DNA of 64,000 bases from an uncultured Pseudomonadales bacterium (GCA_964441155.1 CAYYKL010000004.1:5103-69102), one strand, 5' to 3'; shown: positions 28,786-39,751, counted from the first letter of the stretch. The notes: a model not told the origin generated them from the letters alone. Made by a program: numbers and translations.

Positions 28786-31128
28786 ATGGAACTATCTACA
28801 ATTGCCATTTCGCTGAATCAATCTACACTGCCATCTAGACGCGATGTAGGTAACAAAGCCTATCAATTAGCTCAAATGATGCAGGCAAAATTACCTGTCC
28901 CGAGCGCATTTTGTCTTACCACCCAAGCTTACGAACAATTTCTCGAAGAAAACAATCTTACACGACCGATCAAAGAAATTCTTGCGCACGTAAACCCTCA
29001 CCACAACGCCTCATTGTTTGATGCCAGTCGCGAAATTAAGCGGCTAATTCTTGAAGCAAAATTACCAGCGGAAACAAAATCAGCCATTACTAAAGAGCTG
29101 ACCAAGCTTGCGGCCAAAAAAAGCGAGCACTTGGTGGTTAGATCGTCAGCTATGATCGAGGATTTACCCCACTCCTCAATGGCTGGAGCGTTTACCAGCG
29201 TCATTGCCACTTCGGAAATAGCAAGCACCTATAAAGCAATCCGCTCATGCTATGCTTCACTCTACAACGCTCGCTCGCTGTATTACTTTGCTAAAAATAA
29301 ACAGCCATTTTCCACACTAAAAATGGGGGTGATTGTGCAGACCCTGGTCAAAGCTGATCGCTCAGGAGTCATGTTTACCGCTAATCCATTGAGCTCCGAC
29401 CGAGATTCAACCATCATTGAAGCTGTCTGGGGATTAGCTGAATCCATCGTGGCTGGAACACTCATTCCCGATCACTATGAAGTAAACACCAAGCAATGGC
29501 GCCTAACTCGCCAAGAAGTTGCCAAACAAACGCTGATGCTCTTGCCACATGAAAAAGGGAACAAACAAGGTGCCGTCCCTGCGTCTCAAGCAGAAAAAGC
29601 CAAGCTGACTGATCAAGAAATAATGACTCTGGCAAAACTAGGCAAAAAAATTGAAACGCTGTTTACGTATCCGCAAGACATCGAATGGGCATTCGAAAAA
29701 AACGAGTGTTTCCTGCTTCAATCGAGACCCATCACCACACTCATGCCCAAAGACGTCAAATCAGAAGTCGTTAATCCGAAGCGTTTAGGTCGAAGCTTGC
29801 CCGAGCCATTGCTTATTGGCATTATTGCCAGCCCTGGCATTGCCTATGGTCGAGTGGTCTTTGTTGACGACAAAACTGAAAGCTTGCCTGAAGATGCCGT
29901 CATCGTTGCCAAGCGCTTGCCTCCACAGCTAGCACCCCTTTTGCGCGTCGCCAAAGCGCTCATTTCCGAGCAAGGGGGAGTGAGCTCCCATGCAGCCATC
30001 TTAAGTCGTGAGTTTTTGTTGCCAACAATCATCCAAGCAAACGGAGCTACGCGCAAGCTAAAACCTGGTTCGTTTGTCACCGTCGATGCTACCACTGGCA
30101 GAGTCTATGAAGGCAAACTCCCTATTGAGCAACTTAAATTAACCCTTCCCGCTCAAAAGCGAAATATCAGAGATATTAAAACTAAAACCAAAGTATATTT
30201 ATCCCTGCCCGAGATCGAACTGGCACACCCTTACTCACATAAATATGCAGATGGCGTGGGTATTATCCGCGGGGAAGCCATCCTCAAGGAATCTATCTCG
30301 CATCACCCTTTGCACGTGTCAGCACTTCAAAAGAACAAATATTTGGTTACCAAATGGTCTGAAGGTATTGAAACTGTAGCCCAGAGTTTTTACCCCAGAC
30401 CGGTGCTCTATGCTTTCACGAGTTCTCCGAGCAATCATATGGCCGCGCTCGCTGGCGGGAGAGAATTTGAGACAACAGAGAGTAACCCGGCATTAGGTTT
30501 ACGAGGTGCCGCTAAAATGCTTCTGAATCCTCGGTCAGTTGTACACGAGCTTAAAGCATTGGAAATGGCCAGAGAAAAACGCGGCTATAAAAATATCCAC
30601 CTCATCTTGCCATTCGTGCGCACCCCTCATGAACTCAAGCAACTGAAAAAAATTCTGACTGGTTTTCAACTCAACCGCCGAGTCAATCTCAAGCATTTTT
30701 TAAGTATTGACACCATGAATACCGTTCTTATGCTCGATGATTGTATTGACGTGGGCTTAGATGGCATTTTTGTCGATAGCGACATTCTAGCGCAATCAGT
30801 TTTGAGCATCGATCCAGATAACGAACTACTTGATGAAAATTATCAGCGGGATTTGACGGGCATGCACAAAGCACTTGAGATTGTGGTACGCACTGCTAAG
30901 CGTCGAGGCATTGCATGCTTAGTAACCGGCTCGCACTTGCACCTGGACAAAGATCTTCTAGAAAAAGTCTTAAGTTGGGGAGCCAGCAGCATTGCTGCCG
31001 AAGCCGCCTATTTGGATGGCATGCGCCTGGAGACATTTGAGTTTGAACAAGAACACAACAAACCAACTGCTCAAGAGAAAAAAAGAACAACCTCATTGTC
31101 GGTCTTCCAAAGAATATTCAAAAAGTGA
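28786..31128 (+). CDS. Phosphoenolpyruvate synthase (PpsA)-like protein with degenerate PEP-binding domain
   Basis: VRSSA..ED, SGVMFT, PQDIEWA and LQSRPIT motifs; phospho-His motif GGVSSHAAILSRE. Confidence 0.85.
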   Translation: MELSTIAISLNQSTLPSRRDVGNKAYQLAQMMQAKLPVPSAFCLTTQAYEQFLEENNLTRPIKEILAHVNPHHNASLFDASREIKRLILEAKLPAETKSAITKELTKLAAKKSEHLVVRSSAMIEDLPHSSMAGAFTSVIATSEIASTYKAIRSCYASLYNARSLYYFAKNKQPFSTLKMGVIVQTLVKADRSGVMFTANPLSSDRDSTIIEAVWGLAESIVAGTLIPDHYEVNTKQWRLTRQEVAKQTLMLLPHEKGNKQGAVPASQAEKAKLTDQEIMTLAKLGKKIETLFTYPQDIEWAFEKNECFLLQSRPITTLMPKDVKSEVVNPKRLGRSLPEPLLIGIIASPGIAYGRVVFVDDKTESLPEDAVIVAKRLPPQLAPLLRVAKALISEQGGVSSHAAILSREFLLPTIIQANGATRKLKPGSFVTVDATTGRVYEGKLPIEQLKLTLPAQKRNIRDIKTKTKVYLSLPEIELAHPYSHKYADGVGIIRGEAILKESISHHPLHVSALQKNKYLVTKWSEGIETVAQSFYPRPVLYAFTSSPSNHMAALAGGREFETTESNPALGLRGAAKMLLNPRSVVHELKALEMAREKRGYKNIHLILPFVRTPHELKQLKKILTGFQLNRRVNLKHFLSIDTMNTVLMLDDCIDVGLDGIFVDSDILAQSVLSIDPDNELLDENYQRDLTGMHKALEIVVRTAKRRGIACLVTGSHLHLDKDLLEKVLSWGASSIAAEAAYLDGMRLETFEFEQEHNKPTAQEKKRTTSLSVFQRIFKK

Positions 31129-31181
31129 TCTTTCAAAAAATGTAAAGAGCTGTGCGTGACACGTGTTATGATAAATGCCTC

Positions 31182-32648
31182 ATGCACCCTGGCTTGACTC
31201 GAATCTTCAAAAAGCATCCAGTACACCTCATCATTGCAGCGAGCGTTATCGTTAGGTTTGGATTTTTGCTGGTGTCAAACCATCTCTATTATCCGGATGA
31301 AATTTTTCAAACTCTTGAACCGGCATTTGCACATATTTCTGGATTTGGTATTGAAGCTTGGGAATACGAAGCGGGAATTAGACCGTTATTTGTGCCCTTG
31401 CTTTTAAGTCTCCCGTTAAAGGTTTTTTATATGGTATCTCGAGGAGACCCGCAGGTATATACGCTGCTCATGAAATTGTTTCTCTCCACTTGGTCGATTG
31501 TTATCCCTCTTGCAGTCTTTCAAGTAGTGAAAAAATCACATGCAGACGCTCGTCGTGCAAATCACTATGCGCTTCTTTCTGGCTTACTAACAGGGGTTTG
31601 GTTTGAGCTTATCTATGTTGCTCCCAGAGCCCTCTATGAAACACTAGCGCTAAATCTCATAGCAAGTGCCTATCTCGTCTATACGCGCGCTGCAACTCAC
31701 AAAGAAAAGTCACTGAGTAAAGAATTTGGATATGCTTTTTGCGCAAGTCTCGTGGCTTTAACGGGAGCAACCAGACCGCAATTTCTGGTTGTATTTCCCA
31801 TAGGGCTCTTGTGGTTTTTTAACCAAAACACATGGGCAAAAAACAGATTGCTATTCGGTGGCTTGTTGACCGTGCTCGCAATTGGGGCTCATGAATACTC
31901 GCAAACGGGCTTTTTTATGCATAGTTTTTTGCGATATATTGAACTGCAGCTGACTACACCCATAAGCGACATTTTCGGGGTCCAATCATGGCTCTATTAC
32001 CCTAAAGCACTTCTGGCTACGAGCGGGGCATTGTTTATTCCAGCCATAATTACTCTTAAAAAGAAAGTCAGCAGGTCTTGGTGGTTGGCACTCATTGTTC
32101 TGGTTATAAGCCATAGCGCGCTACCTCACAAAGAATTGCGCTTTATCTTGCCCATTGTGCCCATAGTGATGATACTATTTGGCCAAAGTCTTGACCTTTG
32201 GCATCAAACAGCGAAGCGATTCACAAAATATCTGCCAGAAGTTTTAACTGGTGCTGCGCTACTTATGAGCATATTATCGCTTCTTTATGTTTTTCCTTGG
32301 TCTAAAGAGTACTACACAGTGCCATTTCTTTACAGAGATTCACTGCTTAAAACTGCTAATGTTTTGCATGAGGATTCGAGTGTCTGTGGAATATATGATG
32401 AATCACGAACTTGGCCAATTTCTCTGAGTTATTATCTTATAAACCGTAATGTACCGCTGTATAACCAAGATTATCCGCCGCCCAACCTGGATGTGATTAG
32501 CCATCAACTCACGCAGGTAGGTGACTCGATCGCGGTTTCAGTAAAACAACCGGCAACGTGCGCAACCGACCCAGCTTACACCAACAAGCGTTCGTTTCCA
32601 GCAATTCAATCGATCGTAGAAGAGTACCAATTCTCAAGCGTAAAGTAA
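31182..32648 (+). CDS. Alg9/GT22-like GT-C mannosyltransferase
   Basis: PDEIFQTLEPA, AWEY..GIR and HKELRFILP motifs; multi-TM; ATG start chosen at 31182. Confidence 0.85.
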   Translation: MHPGLTRIFKKHPVHLIIAASVIVRFGFLLVSNHLYYPDEIFQTLEPAFAHISGFGIEAWEYEAGIRPLFVPLLLSLPLKVFYMVSRGDPQVYTLLMKLFLSTWSIVIPLAVFQVVKKSHADARRANHYALLSGLLTGVWFELIYVAPRALYETLALNLIASAYLVYTRAATHKEKSLSKEFGYAFCASLVALTGATRPQFLVVFPIGLLWFFNQNTWAKNRLLFGGLLTVLAIGAHEYSQTGFFMHSFLRYIELQLTTPISDIFGVQSWLYYPKALLATSGALFIPAIITLKKKVSRSWWLALIVLVISHSALPHKELRFILPIVPIVMILFGQSLDLWHQTAKRFTKYLPEVLTGAALLMSILSLLYVFPWSKEYYTVPFLYRDSLLKTANVLHEDSSVCGIYDESRTWPISLSYYLINRNVPLYNQDYPPPNLDVISHQLTQVGDSIAVSVKQPATCATDPAYTNKRSFPAIQSIVEEYQFSSVK

Positions 32649-34271
32649 TCGAATATATTCATCCAGCATCCGCTGCGTCGTAAATCGCTTGGATAATTCT
32701 AAAGTTTTTTTCATCCGCGCTAACCAACCCTGAGGCACATTATTTTGATCACGGTCATAATACAGTGGCACAATATCTTTTTCGAGGCGCAGGTAGAGTG
32801 TTGGAGCCAAGTGATTAGAGTCAAGTGACCAACCCATGTCATGCCATTCGACTTCCGCTGCCCAACCATCTTCTACGGTCAACTGCAAAACACCATTGGC
32901 GATTGCTTTCATGCCTGAAGTACCTGATGCTTCTTCACCGTATATTGGAGTGTTGAGCCACACATCCACACCTTTTACGAGGTGATTGGCCACATCCATA
33001 TTGTAGTTTGGAATAAACAGAGCGTGACCCTCTAGTTCCGTCTTCATCAGTTTAATCATGTCGGCAAGCAGTTGCTTGGCAGTAATATCACGAGCGTGTG
33101 CTTTGCCACTTAACAAGAATTGCACGGGTCGATCTGCCTGCATAAGAATTGCCTTCATTCGAGCAATATCTTCAAAAATCGCATTTGGTCGTTTATAGGT
33201 GGCAATTCTTCTTGCCCATCCGATAACCAATCGATTTGGATCGTATCCTGCTCCCGTTTTCTCGTTCACAAAATTGGCCAAATTTTTCTTAAGTTCTAAG
33301 TGATTCCACCACAGCTGATCACCAGACAAGTCAACTTGCTTAATGCTTTCATCTTGCCAAGTTGGGTGATGGACACCGTTGGTGATACCCACCCAATCGT
33401 ATTCCGGCCAAAGAGTTTTGGACAATTCATAGTGAATTTGGCTCACCGCTGAAGCTTTGCGCGAAATATTAAGTGCAAATTGCGTCATGCTAAAAGCACC
33501 CGTTGAAGGGTCAAAACCAGGGGCGAGCAATTGTTCGATAGTGACTCCCATTTTCTGGGCATAGTAGGTAGCATTGGCCTTAAGAAGGTCAACGTCAAAC
33601 GAATTGTTTCCCGCACGAACCAGAGTGTGATTGGTGTAAACGATTTTAGATTGTGCTTTTGAGCGCGCTTCTTCGTAGGTTAGGTGATCCTGATCCATGT
33701 ATCCTCGAATCAACTGCCAAAAGAGAAACGCTGGCCTGCCTTCATTGACGTGATACACCGATGGTTCGATTTTCAAAGCTCTGAGTACTTTAATACCGCC
33801 AATACCCATAACCATTTGCTGCATTAACTGCTCTTCTTCTGAGCCGTTGTAGATAGCACAGGCAATTTTTCGATCGTTCAATTCATTTTGATCGGTGTCA
33901 GTATCGAGCAAATAGAGAACCACCTGACCAAATGATTTTTTCCAAACCCGTGCCCAGACGTTTTTATTGGTGAGATGAATATTTACGAATAATGGTTGTT
34001 CATCGGCAGCGTAGACATGTTCGTAACCTAGCTTAACTGGATCAACTTCAACATCAACTTCATATTGCATGCCGTTCTCATCGACCTGTGCTTGGTTGCC
34101 ACAGCCACGATAAAGCAACCCCAATGCCACCATGGGTACGTTTGAATCTGCAGCTTGTTTAAGCGTATCACCGGACAATATGCCCAAACCACCGGCATAC
34201 AAGGGCAAGTCATGAGACAAACCAAATTCAGCACTAAAATAGGCAATGGGATGTTGAGCAGTTGGTTGCAT
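32634..34271 (-). CDS. glgP: Alpha-glucan (glycogen/starch) phosphorylase
   Basis: YFSAEFG, YAGGLGILSGD and ITNGVH motifs; PLP-lysine motif EASGTSGMK. Confidence 0.95.
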   Translation of the reverse strand: MQPTAQHPIAYFSAEFGLSHDLPLYAGGLGILSGDTLKQAADSNVPMVALGLLYRGCGNQAQVDENGMQYEVDVEVDPVKLGYEHVYAADEQPLFVNIHLTNKNVWARVWKKSFGQVVLYLLDTDTDQNELNDRKIACAIYNGSEEEQLMQQMVMGIGGIKVLRALKIEPSVYHVNEGRPAFLFWQLIRGYMDQDHLTYEEARSKAQSKIVYTNHTLVRAGNNSFDVDLLKANATYYAQKMGVTIEQLLAPGFDPSTGAFSMTQFALNISRKASAVSQIHYELSKTLWPEYDWVGITNGVHHPTWQDESIKQVDLSGDQLWWNHLELKKNLANFVNEKTGAGYDPNRLVIGWARRIATYKRPNAIFEDIARMKAILMQADRPVQFLLSGKAHARDITAKQLLADMIKLMKTELEGHALFIPNYNMDVANHLVKGVDVWLNTPIYGEEASGTSGMKAIANGVLQLTVEDGWAAEVEWHDMGWSLDSNHLAPTLYLRLEKDIVPLYYDRDQNNVPQGWLARMKKTLELSKRFTTQRMLDEYIRLLYA

Positions 34272-34424
34272 ATAGAATTATTTCTTCTACGGTAAGCTTA
34301 ATCGCAAAACCCATCACCTGTAAAGGGCAAGCTTTACCAATTGACCTAGGAATCTTTCAGTTCGTAAAAATCTGCTATAGTTAAGACACGCTACAAAAAT
34401 GCATGAAATGAAGGAGAGTTTCCC

Positions 34425-35459
34425 ATGGATAGTTTTGCTGCCCACTTATCCGAACTAACCAACAAAACAGTGCTTATTCGATGTAATTTCGATGTGCCAG
34501 TCGACAAGGGTAAAGTTGTCGATACAACCAGGATCGAGGATGCACTACCAAGCCTCAAACTACTCAAAGAAAATAACATTCGAACAATCATCGTGGCTCA
34601 CTTAGGCCGACCAGATGGAGCGTTTAATGCCTCTTATTCGCTTAAGCCCATCGTGACAGTTCTGGAAAACATGATTAGTGCGAAGATCGGCGTGTTGGAC
34701 TACAACAAAGACATGAGCGTCGTGCTCAAGCAAGCGGAAACTCTAACAGAGTCAATATTACTTTTGGAGAATATTCGATTCTGGAGTGGAGAAGAGAATA
34801 ATGATCAAGATTTTGCGACTGACCTAGCCACATTAGGCTCAGCGTACGTCAACGAATGCTTCGCTACCTGTCATCGCAAACACGCCTCCATGGTTGGTTT
34901 GCCAAAGCTTTTACCTCACTATGCCGGCATTTCACTCGCAAAAGAAGTAACGACCCTCAATCGAGTTAAGCACCATCCAGAACATCCATTCGTGGTCGTA
35001 ATTGGTGGAGCAAAACTAGAAACCAAAGAACCCCTCGTCAATGCTTTCGTTACTACCGCCGACACGATTTTAGTGGGAGGCAAAGTCGCTCTCGATCTCA
35101 AGCTGCACCCTGAACCATTACCAGCCAATGTAGTTTTGGCCGAGCTGGAACCGCACGGCAAAGACATAACTAAAACATCTGCTGATAGATTCGCTGCCAT
35201 TATTAACGATGCGGCACTCATTGTGTGGAATGGGGCCATGGGTGTATTTGAAGAAGATGAATATGCGCAAGGAACTAAAATTGTAGGCAAGGCCATGGCA
35301 GAAACTAAAGGTTTTAGTGTGGTAGGGGGAGGGGACACCGAAACTGCACTTACTCAGTTTGATCTTGAATCAGGGATTGATTTTATTAGCACCGGTGGTG
35401 GAGCAATGCTTGAATACCTTACCCAAAGCAGTTTGCCAGCACTCGTTGCTCTCGGGTAG
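34425..35459 (+). CDS. pgk: Phosphoglycerate kinase
   Basis: NFDVP, HLGRP, LLENIRF, GGAK, GGGDT and STGGGA motifs. Confidence 0.95.
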   Translation: MDSFAAHLSELTNKTVLIRCNFDVPVDKGKVVDTTRIEDALPSLKLLKENNIRTIIVAHLGRPDGAFNASYSLKPIVTVLENMISAKIGVLDYNKDMSVVLKQAETLTESILLLENIRFWSGEENNDQDFATDLATLGSAYVNECFATCHRKHASMVGLPKLLPHYAGISLAKEVTTLNRVKHHPEHPFVVVIGGAKLETKEPLVNAFVTTADTILVGGKVALDLKLHPEPLPANVVLAELEPHGKDITKTSADRFAAIINDAALIVWNGAMGVFEEDEYAQGTKIVGKAMAETKGFSVVGGGDTETALTQFDLESGIDFISTGGGAMLEYLTQSSLPALVALG

Positions 35460-35473
35460 AATAAACATTACGT

Positions 35474-36163
35474 ATGCGTCAATCTCACCAAGTGTCAATA
35501 ATTCTCATACTGGTTTTTACTCTTGGACTCATAAGTGCGCATCTGCTAGTTCTACGATCTATTAATCGTGAAAGTGTTGTTCCCGCACCCTCACAATCGC
35601 TGCAAAAAGTTATTCAACCAAATGCTTTTTTCTACTCAGGTGTTGTGGCTAAACGAAACCAAACGCAGGTGAGTGTCAATTATTCGATGAGTGATTATCC
35701 CCACGTCATGCACTTGGATTTAATTGTTCCCGATGGGACTCAAACTATCTCACGCCTTATAACTCACCCCATACTTACGTCTTTACCTTGGGAATATGTC
35801 GAGTCAAATGGTATTCGGTTGTATCAAAAAACTAAAATATATCAATCTATCGACCAATTCGCTACCAAGCCTGCTGCCGGAAAAACGATTCTGGCTGACG
35901 AAGCGCTCATCCTTACCCCTGCCTACAAAGACTTGAACGCCAAACCATTAAATGAATTTGCTAGTCTTGATGGCATTGAGTATATTTTGACCACATATGT
36001 GCCATCACAACCATTGGGCACTGGACATCGGTATCAAACAATCTTGGATTCAAGCAGCGCACTCGTTAATCTTAAAAACGAGCTTGTTTGGCATATTCGG
36101 ATTCCAACCGCCACTCTAGAACATCCCTTATATTTAGGGGGTGTTGAAGTGAATTACCAATAG
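35474..36163 (+). CDS. Hypothetical membrane-anchored protein
   Basis: 229 aa ORF with N-terminal TM helix. Confidence 0.6.
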   Translation: MRQSHQVSIILILVFTLGLISAHLLVLRSINRESVVPAPSQSLQKVIQPNAFFYSGVVAKRNQTQVSVNYSMSDYPHVMHLDLIVPDGTQTISRLITHPILTSLPWEYVESNGIRLYQKTKIYQSIDQFATKPAAGKTILADEALILTPAYKDLNAKPLNEFASLDGIEYILTTYVPSQPLGTGHRYQTILDSSSALVNLKNELVWHIRIPTATLEHPLYLGGVEVNYQ

Positions 36164-36290
36164 CTGGGGTATTGACACTTCCAGGCATTGGTCTATCCTT
36201 AAAAAGGAATAAAATATATACAAAGCCCTTTAGTTCCGTCTTATTTGACAAACTGCCAAAGTTTGGAATAATAGTTTGTAGCACCACAAC

Positions 36291-37241
36291 ATGAACAAAA
36301 GCTATTTGCAAACGCTTTCCATCGCTGCCTTCCTTGGAATAGTCGCATCTTTATCAGCGATAATTTTTGCATTTTCTCCCGCGCGAGCCCAAGAACAAGG
36401 CAAAGCAATTACGGTAATTCCTCCCCGTTTTGAACTGTTTGCTAATCCCGGTGAAACCGTAACCGAGCGCATCAGGGTCCGAAATGAATCTGATTTTCCT
36501 GTCAATTATGCCGTAGTCATAGAAGATTTCACAGCTGCTGGCGAAGAAGGGCATGTGGTGTTAGAAGAAGATTCTAATACGAACTTTTCCCTAGCCAAAT
36601 GGATGGAACCAGAATCAAAAGAGCTTATTCTCCAACCTAAAGAGGAGCGAGCAGTTAGCTTTAGGATAAACGTTCCCCGAAGTGCAGAACCAGGTGGTCA
36701 CTACGCTTCGGTGCTATTTTCTTCGGCCGGCGAACAAACTCCCGGGTCTGCTGCCGTAACCCAAAGAATTGGTTCCTTGGTTCTATTGAGAGTCTCAGGC
36801 AACGTCACCGAAAATGCCACCATAGAAACGTTTGAAGCGCCATCATATTTACAAAATGGGCCAGTGGAAATTTCTCTACGTGTCAAAAATGAAGGAAATG
36901 TCCACGTGAGACCAAAGGGCACGATTATCATCACCAATCTTTTCAATAAAAAAGTTGATGAAATTCCCTTAAACGGTTCCAACATTATTCCTGGATCGGT
37001 TCGCAAAATGATTACCACCTGGGACAAAAAGAACATCCTCGGTGTCTACAAAGCAACGATGGTTTCCACCTACGGAGAGCAGAACGTGCCACTCACAGCA
37101 GCGACTCGGTTTACGGTCGCTTCACCCATTGCCCTAGCACTTATCGGTATTGGGTCAATTGCACTTCTCATCTTTTTACTCTCCTTGGTGAGTGGGCGCA
37201 AACGCCTCGGCAAGGCCTTCAAAGCGCTTTCAAGCGACTAA
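36291..37241 (+). CDS. DUF916/WxLIP-like two-Ig-domain surface protein with C-terminal TM anchor
   Basis: Signal peptide; PG....IRVRN, INVP..AEPGGHYA and KNEGNVHVRP motifs; TM plus basic tail. Confidence 0.72.
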   Translation: MNKSYLQTLSIAAFLGIVASLSAIIFAFSPARAQEQGKAITVIPPRFELFANPGETVTERIRVRNESDFPVNYAVVIEDFTAAGEEGHVVLEEDSNTNFSLAKWMEPESKELILQPKEERAVSFRINVPRSAEPGGHYASVLFSSAGEQTPGSAAVTQRIGSLVLLRVSGNVTENATIETFEAPSYLQNGPVEISLRVKNEGNVHVRPKGTIIITNLFNKKVDEIPLNGSNIIPGSVRKMITTWDKKNILGVYKATMVSTYGEQNVPLTAATRFTVASPIALALIGIGSIALLIFLLSLVSGRKRLGKAFKALSSD

Positions 37242-37354
37242 ACGTTCTAACTAACAAAGTTGCTTGAATTGTCCGTACCCCTTGCTTCTCAATCCATATA
37301 CAATGATGTTGTACCGTTTATTAATCAAGCGGCTAGTTGTTAGTGGCAACAGTA

Positions 37355-38578
37355 ATGAAGCGCATTGCATTATTAGGCATTCTCACTTTCTCGGTCATAG
37401 TCACCTATGTTTTTGGAGGGCGCGTTGGCGCAGCTGGAAGCCTGAATGAGCTCTCTGACCTCATCAACAACGATGAAGTCAGCACACCTGCAGAGCATTT
37501 AATAAGTTTTCAATTACCAATTACATCTGAAGCAATTGTAAGCACTGACTATATTCATGTATACCTGGCGGGATATTCGAATGTGACCGCCCCAACCTCG
37601 TTGAGTGGTTCATATTCAGGCACACCAACCTTTTCCGTTTCAGGCAATTATGCTCGAGTGACTGGCATTGGCCTAAGTCCCGGTGTATCTTTGACTATTG
37701 GCGGCATTACCGCCACTAATCCTGCTACGGTTGGCGGTTTCCAAGTTATAGTTTCAGTTACTGAAGATGAAGCTGGTTTATTAGTTAAAAATATTAGCAA
37801 TATTGTGGCCATCAGGGGAGGCAGTGCCATAACGGTAAGTGCCATGATCGATACACCCAGCGCGTCGGTGTTGTTTTCTGGCTACTCTGCTCCAAACACC
37901 TTTATCACCTTTACCGAAGATGGCACGGTGCATGGCACTGATATCACCAACGAACTAGGCTTTTTCTCCAAACTTTTGACCGGTCTTTCACCTGGAGATC
38001 ATAGTTTTAGTTTGTATGGTGTCGATTGGATCAACTTAACCACAGCTCCACACGTCATCAATGTATACGCACCCATATACACCCAAACAAATATTACCGA
38101 CATATTGTTATCACCCACACTTCAAATAAGTGATAACGAAATTCTCCAAGGCGAAGACATTGTGGCCTCAGGCTCAGCCAAGCCTGACTCAAACATCACC
38201 ATCTTCACCGAAAGCCCTCTTAGAACTTACTATGCTACAGCCACCAGCTCAGGAGCTTGGTCATACACCATCGACAACACTGACGAGTATGTCGTTGGTG
38301 ACTATACCATGTATGCACTGGCTCAAGACGATTTTGGCGTGCAAAGCTTTGTGAGCATTGCACTCGGTTTTAGCGTAGTTTCGGCAACCAGCGGATCAGG
38401 CACTGCCTGTGGCGATATTACTCGCGGGGACTTAAACTGTGATGATTCTATCAATCTAACCGACTTTTCTATTCTTATGTACTATTGGGGCACTGCCAAC
38501 GCAACTGCAGACATGAACACTGACAGCGTAGTCAATCTCACCGACTTTTCGATACAAATGTATTGGTGGGGGACGTAA
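37355..38578 (+). CDS. Secreted Ig-like protein with C-terminal dockerin-like EF-hand repeats
   Basis: GDLNCDDSINLTDFSI and ADMNTDSVVNLTDFSI duplicated motif; ATG start chosen at 37355. Confidence 0.8.
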   Translation: MKRIALLGILTFSVIVTYVFGGRVGAAGSLNELSDLINNDEVSTPAEHLISFQLPITSEAIVSTDYIHVYLAGYSNVTAPTSLSGSYSGTPTFSVSGNYARVTGIGLSPGVSLTIGGITATNPATVGGFQVIVSVTEDEAGLLVKNISNIVAIRGGSAITVSAMIDTPSASVLFSGYSAPNTFITFTEDGTVHGTDITNELGFFSKLLTGLSPGDHSFSLYGVDWINLTTAPHVINVYAPIYTQTNITDILLSPTLQISDNEILQGEDIVASGSAKPDSNITIFTESPLRTYYATATSSGAWSYTIDNTDEYVVGDYTMYALAQDDFGVQSFVSIALGFSVVSATSGSGTACGDITRGDLNCDDSINLTDFSILMYYWGTANATADMNTDSVVNLTDFSIQMYWWGT

Positions 38579-38632
38579 AGCCAAACAAATGCTTGACGTG
38601 ATTGCAATTACCTCTCATGATTGGCCATATCC

Positions 38633-39751
38633 ATGAGAGTACTTATTGCTTCCCAATTCCACTACAACGCTTTTAAAGGTGGCAATGAACAACACGCTCA
38701 CCAATTAAGTCTTGGGCTTGCTCAAGCTGGCCATGAGGTTGTCTATCTTTCAAGCTCTATTGTGAAACCTTATGATCTTACCTATCGACACGAAAGCTTA
38801 TCCGTTTATTCGTTATTAAATCAACTATTCCTCAAAAACGTATCTTTATCAGTTCAAACCGAACTGCAACATGCAGATATACTCCACGTGTTTGGATTTT
38901 CTCCGCTCATGCTTCAATTGCTTGCTCGTGCTAAAACACGCTCACCGCGATTACTGACCTATCCTGCCGACGCACAACCAAAAAATATTTTCCTGTCTAT
39001 GGTCAGCCAAGCACATCAACAGCTCATTCCTTATATGTGCGATAGCCTACTAACCACGACGAGCGCCTATGAGAAGAGGCTACGAAATCGATGGCCAAAC
39101 ATTCCCATACATCATGTTCCCCTAATGATTCCTGCTCATATTGAAGCAGATGCATTCACCAAAAAACAGGCTCGCATGAAGCTTTCATTAAATAAGGAAC
39201 AGAAGCATCTGCTTTGCGTGGCAGCGCTTAGCTCTCACCACTACTACAAGGGCATTCCGGTTTTGCTACAAGCATTACGTTTGTTGCCCCAAGACATTCA
39301 CCTGCATCTCGTTGGTGATGGCGATCAACTAGCGAAACTTATAATGCTAGCCGAAAAGTTGGGGATTTCAAGTCGCACGACCTTTTATGGATCGCTTAAT
39401 AACGAAGCTATGGCACCTTGGTATAAAGCTGCAGATCTTGTAGTGCTCCCGTCAACCTCACTTTCAGAGGGATTTGGTTTATCATTGCTTGAAGCGATGT
39501 ATTGCGAAACACCTTGCTTGACGACAACCATAATTGGTCCGGCTAAATATTATGCGGCTCACAAGCTATGTCACCTGGTAAAACCAAACGATTCACTCGC
39601 ACTTGCAAAAGCAATATCCACCGCTCTTAGAAGCAATAATGAGGCTATGATAACTCAAGCTAAAGCCTGGGCAAATACCCACACCACCAAAGCAATGACG
39701 CAAAAAACAATTTCTATATATAAAGCAACTCTGCAAAAACACAAGCTATGA
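38633..39751 (+). CDS. GT4 glycosyltransferase
   Basis: GGNE, YKGI and EGFGLSLLEAM motifs; ATG start chosen at 38633. Confidence 0.92.
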   Translation: MRVLIASQFHYNAFKGGNEQHAHQLSLGLAQAGHEVVYLSSSIVKPYDLTYRHESLSVYSLLNQLFLKNVSLSVQTELQHADILHVFGFSPLMLQLLARAKTRSPRLLTYPADAQPKNIFLSMVSQAHQQLIPYMCDSLLTTTSAYEKRLRNRWPNIPIHHVPLMIPAHIEADAFTKKQARMKLSLNKEQKHLLCVAALSSHHYYKGIPVLLQALRLLPQDIHLHLVGDGDQLAKLIMLAEKLGISSRTTFYGSLNNEAMAPWYKAADLVVLPSTSLSEGFGLSLLEAMYCETPCLTTTIIGPAKYYAAHKLCHLVKPNDSLALAKAISTALRSNNEAMITQAKAWANTHTTKAMTQKTISIYKATLQKHKL

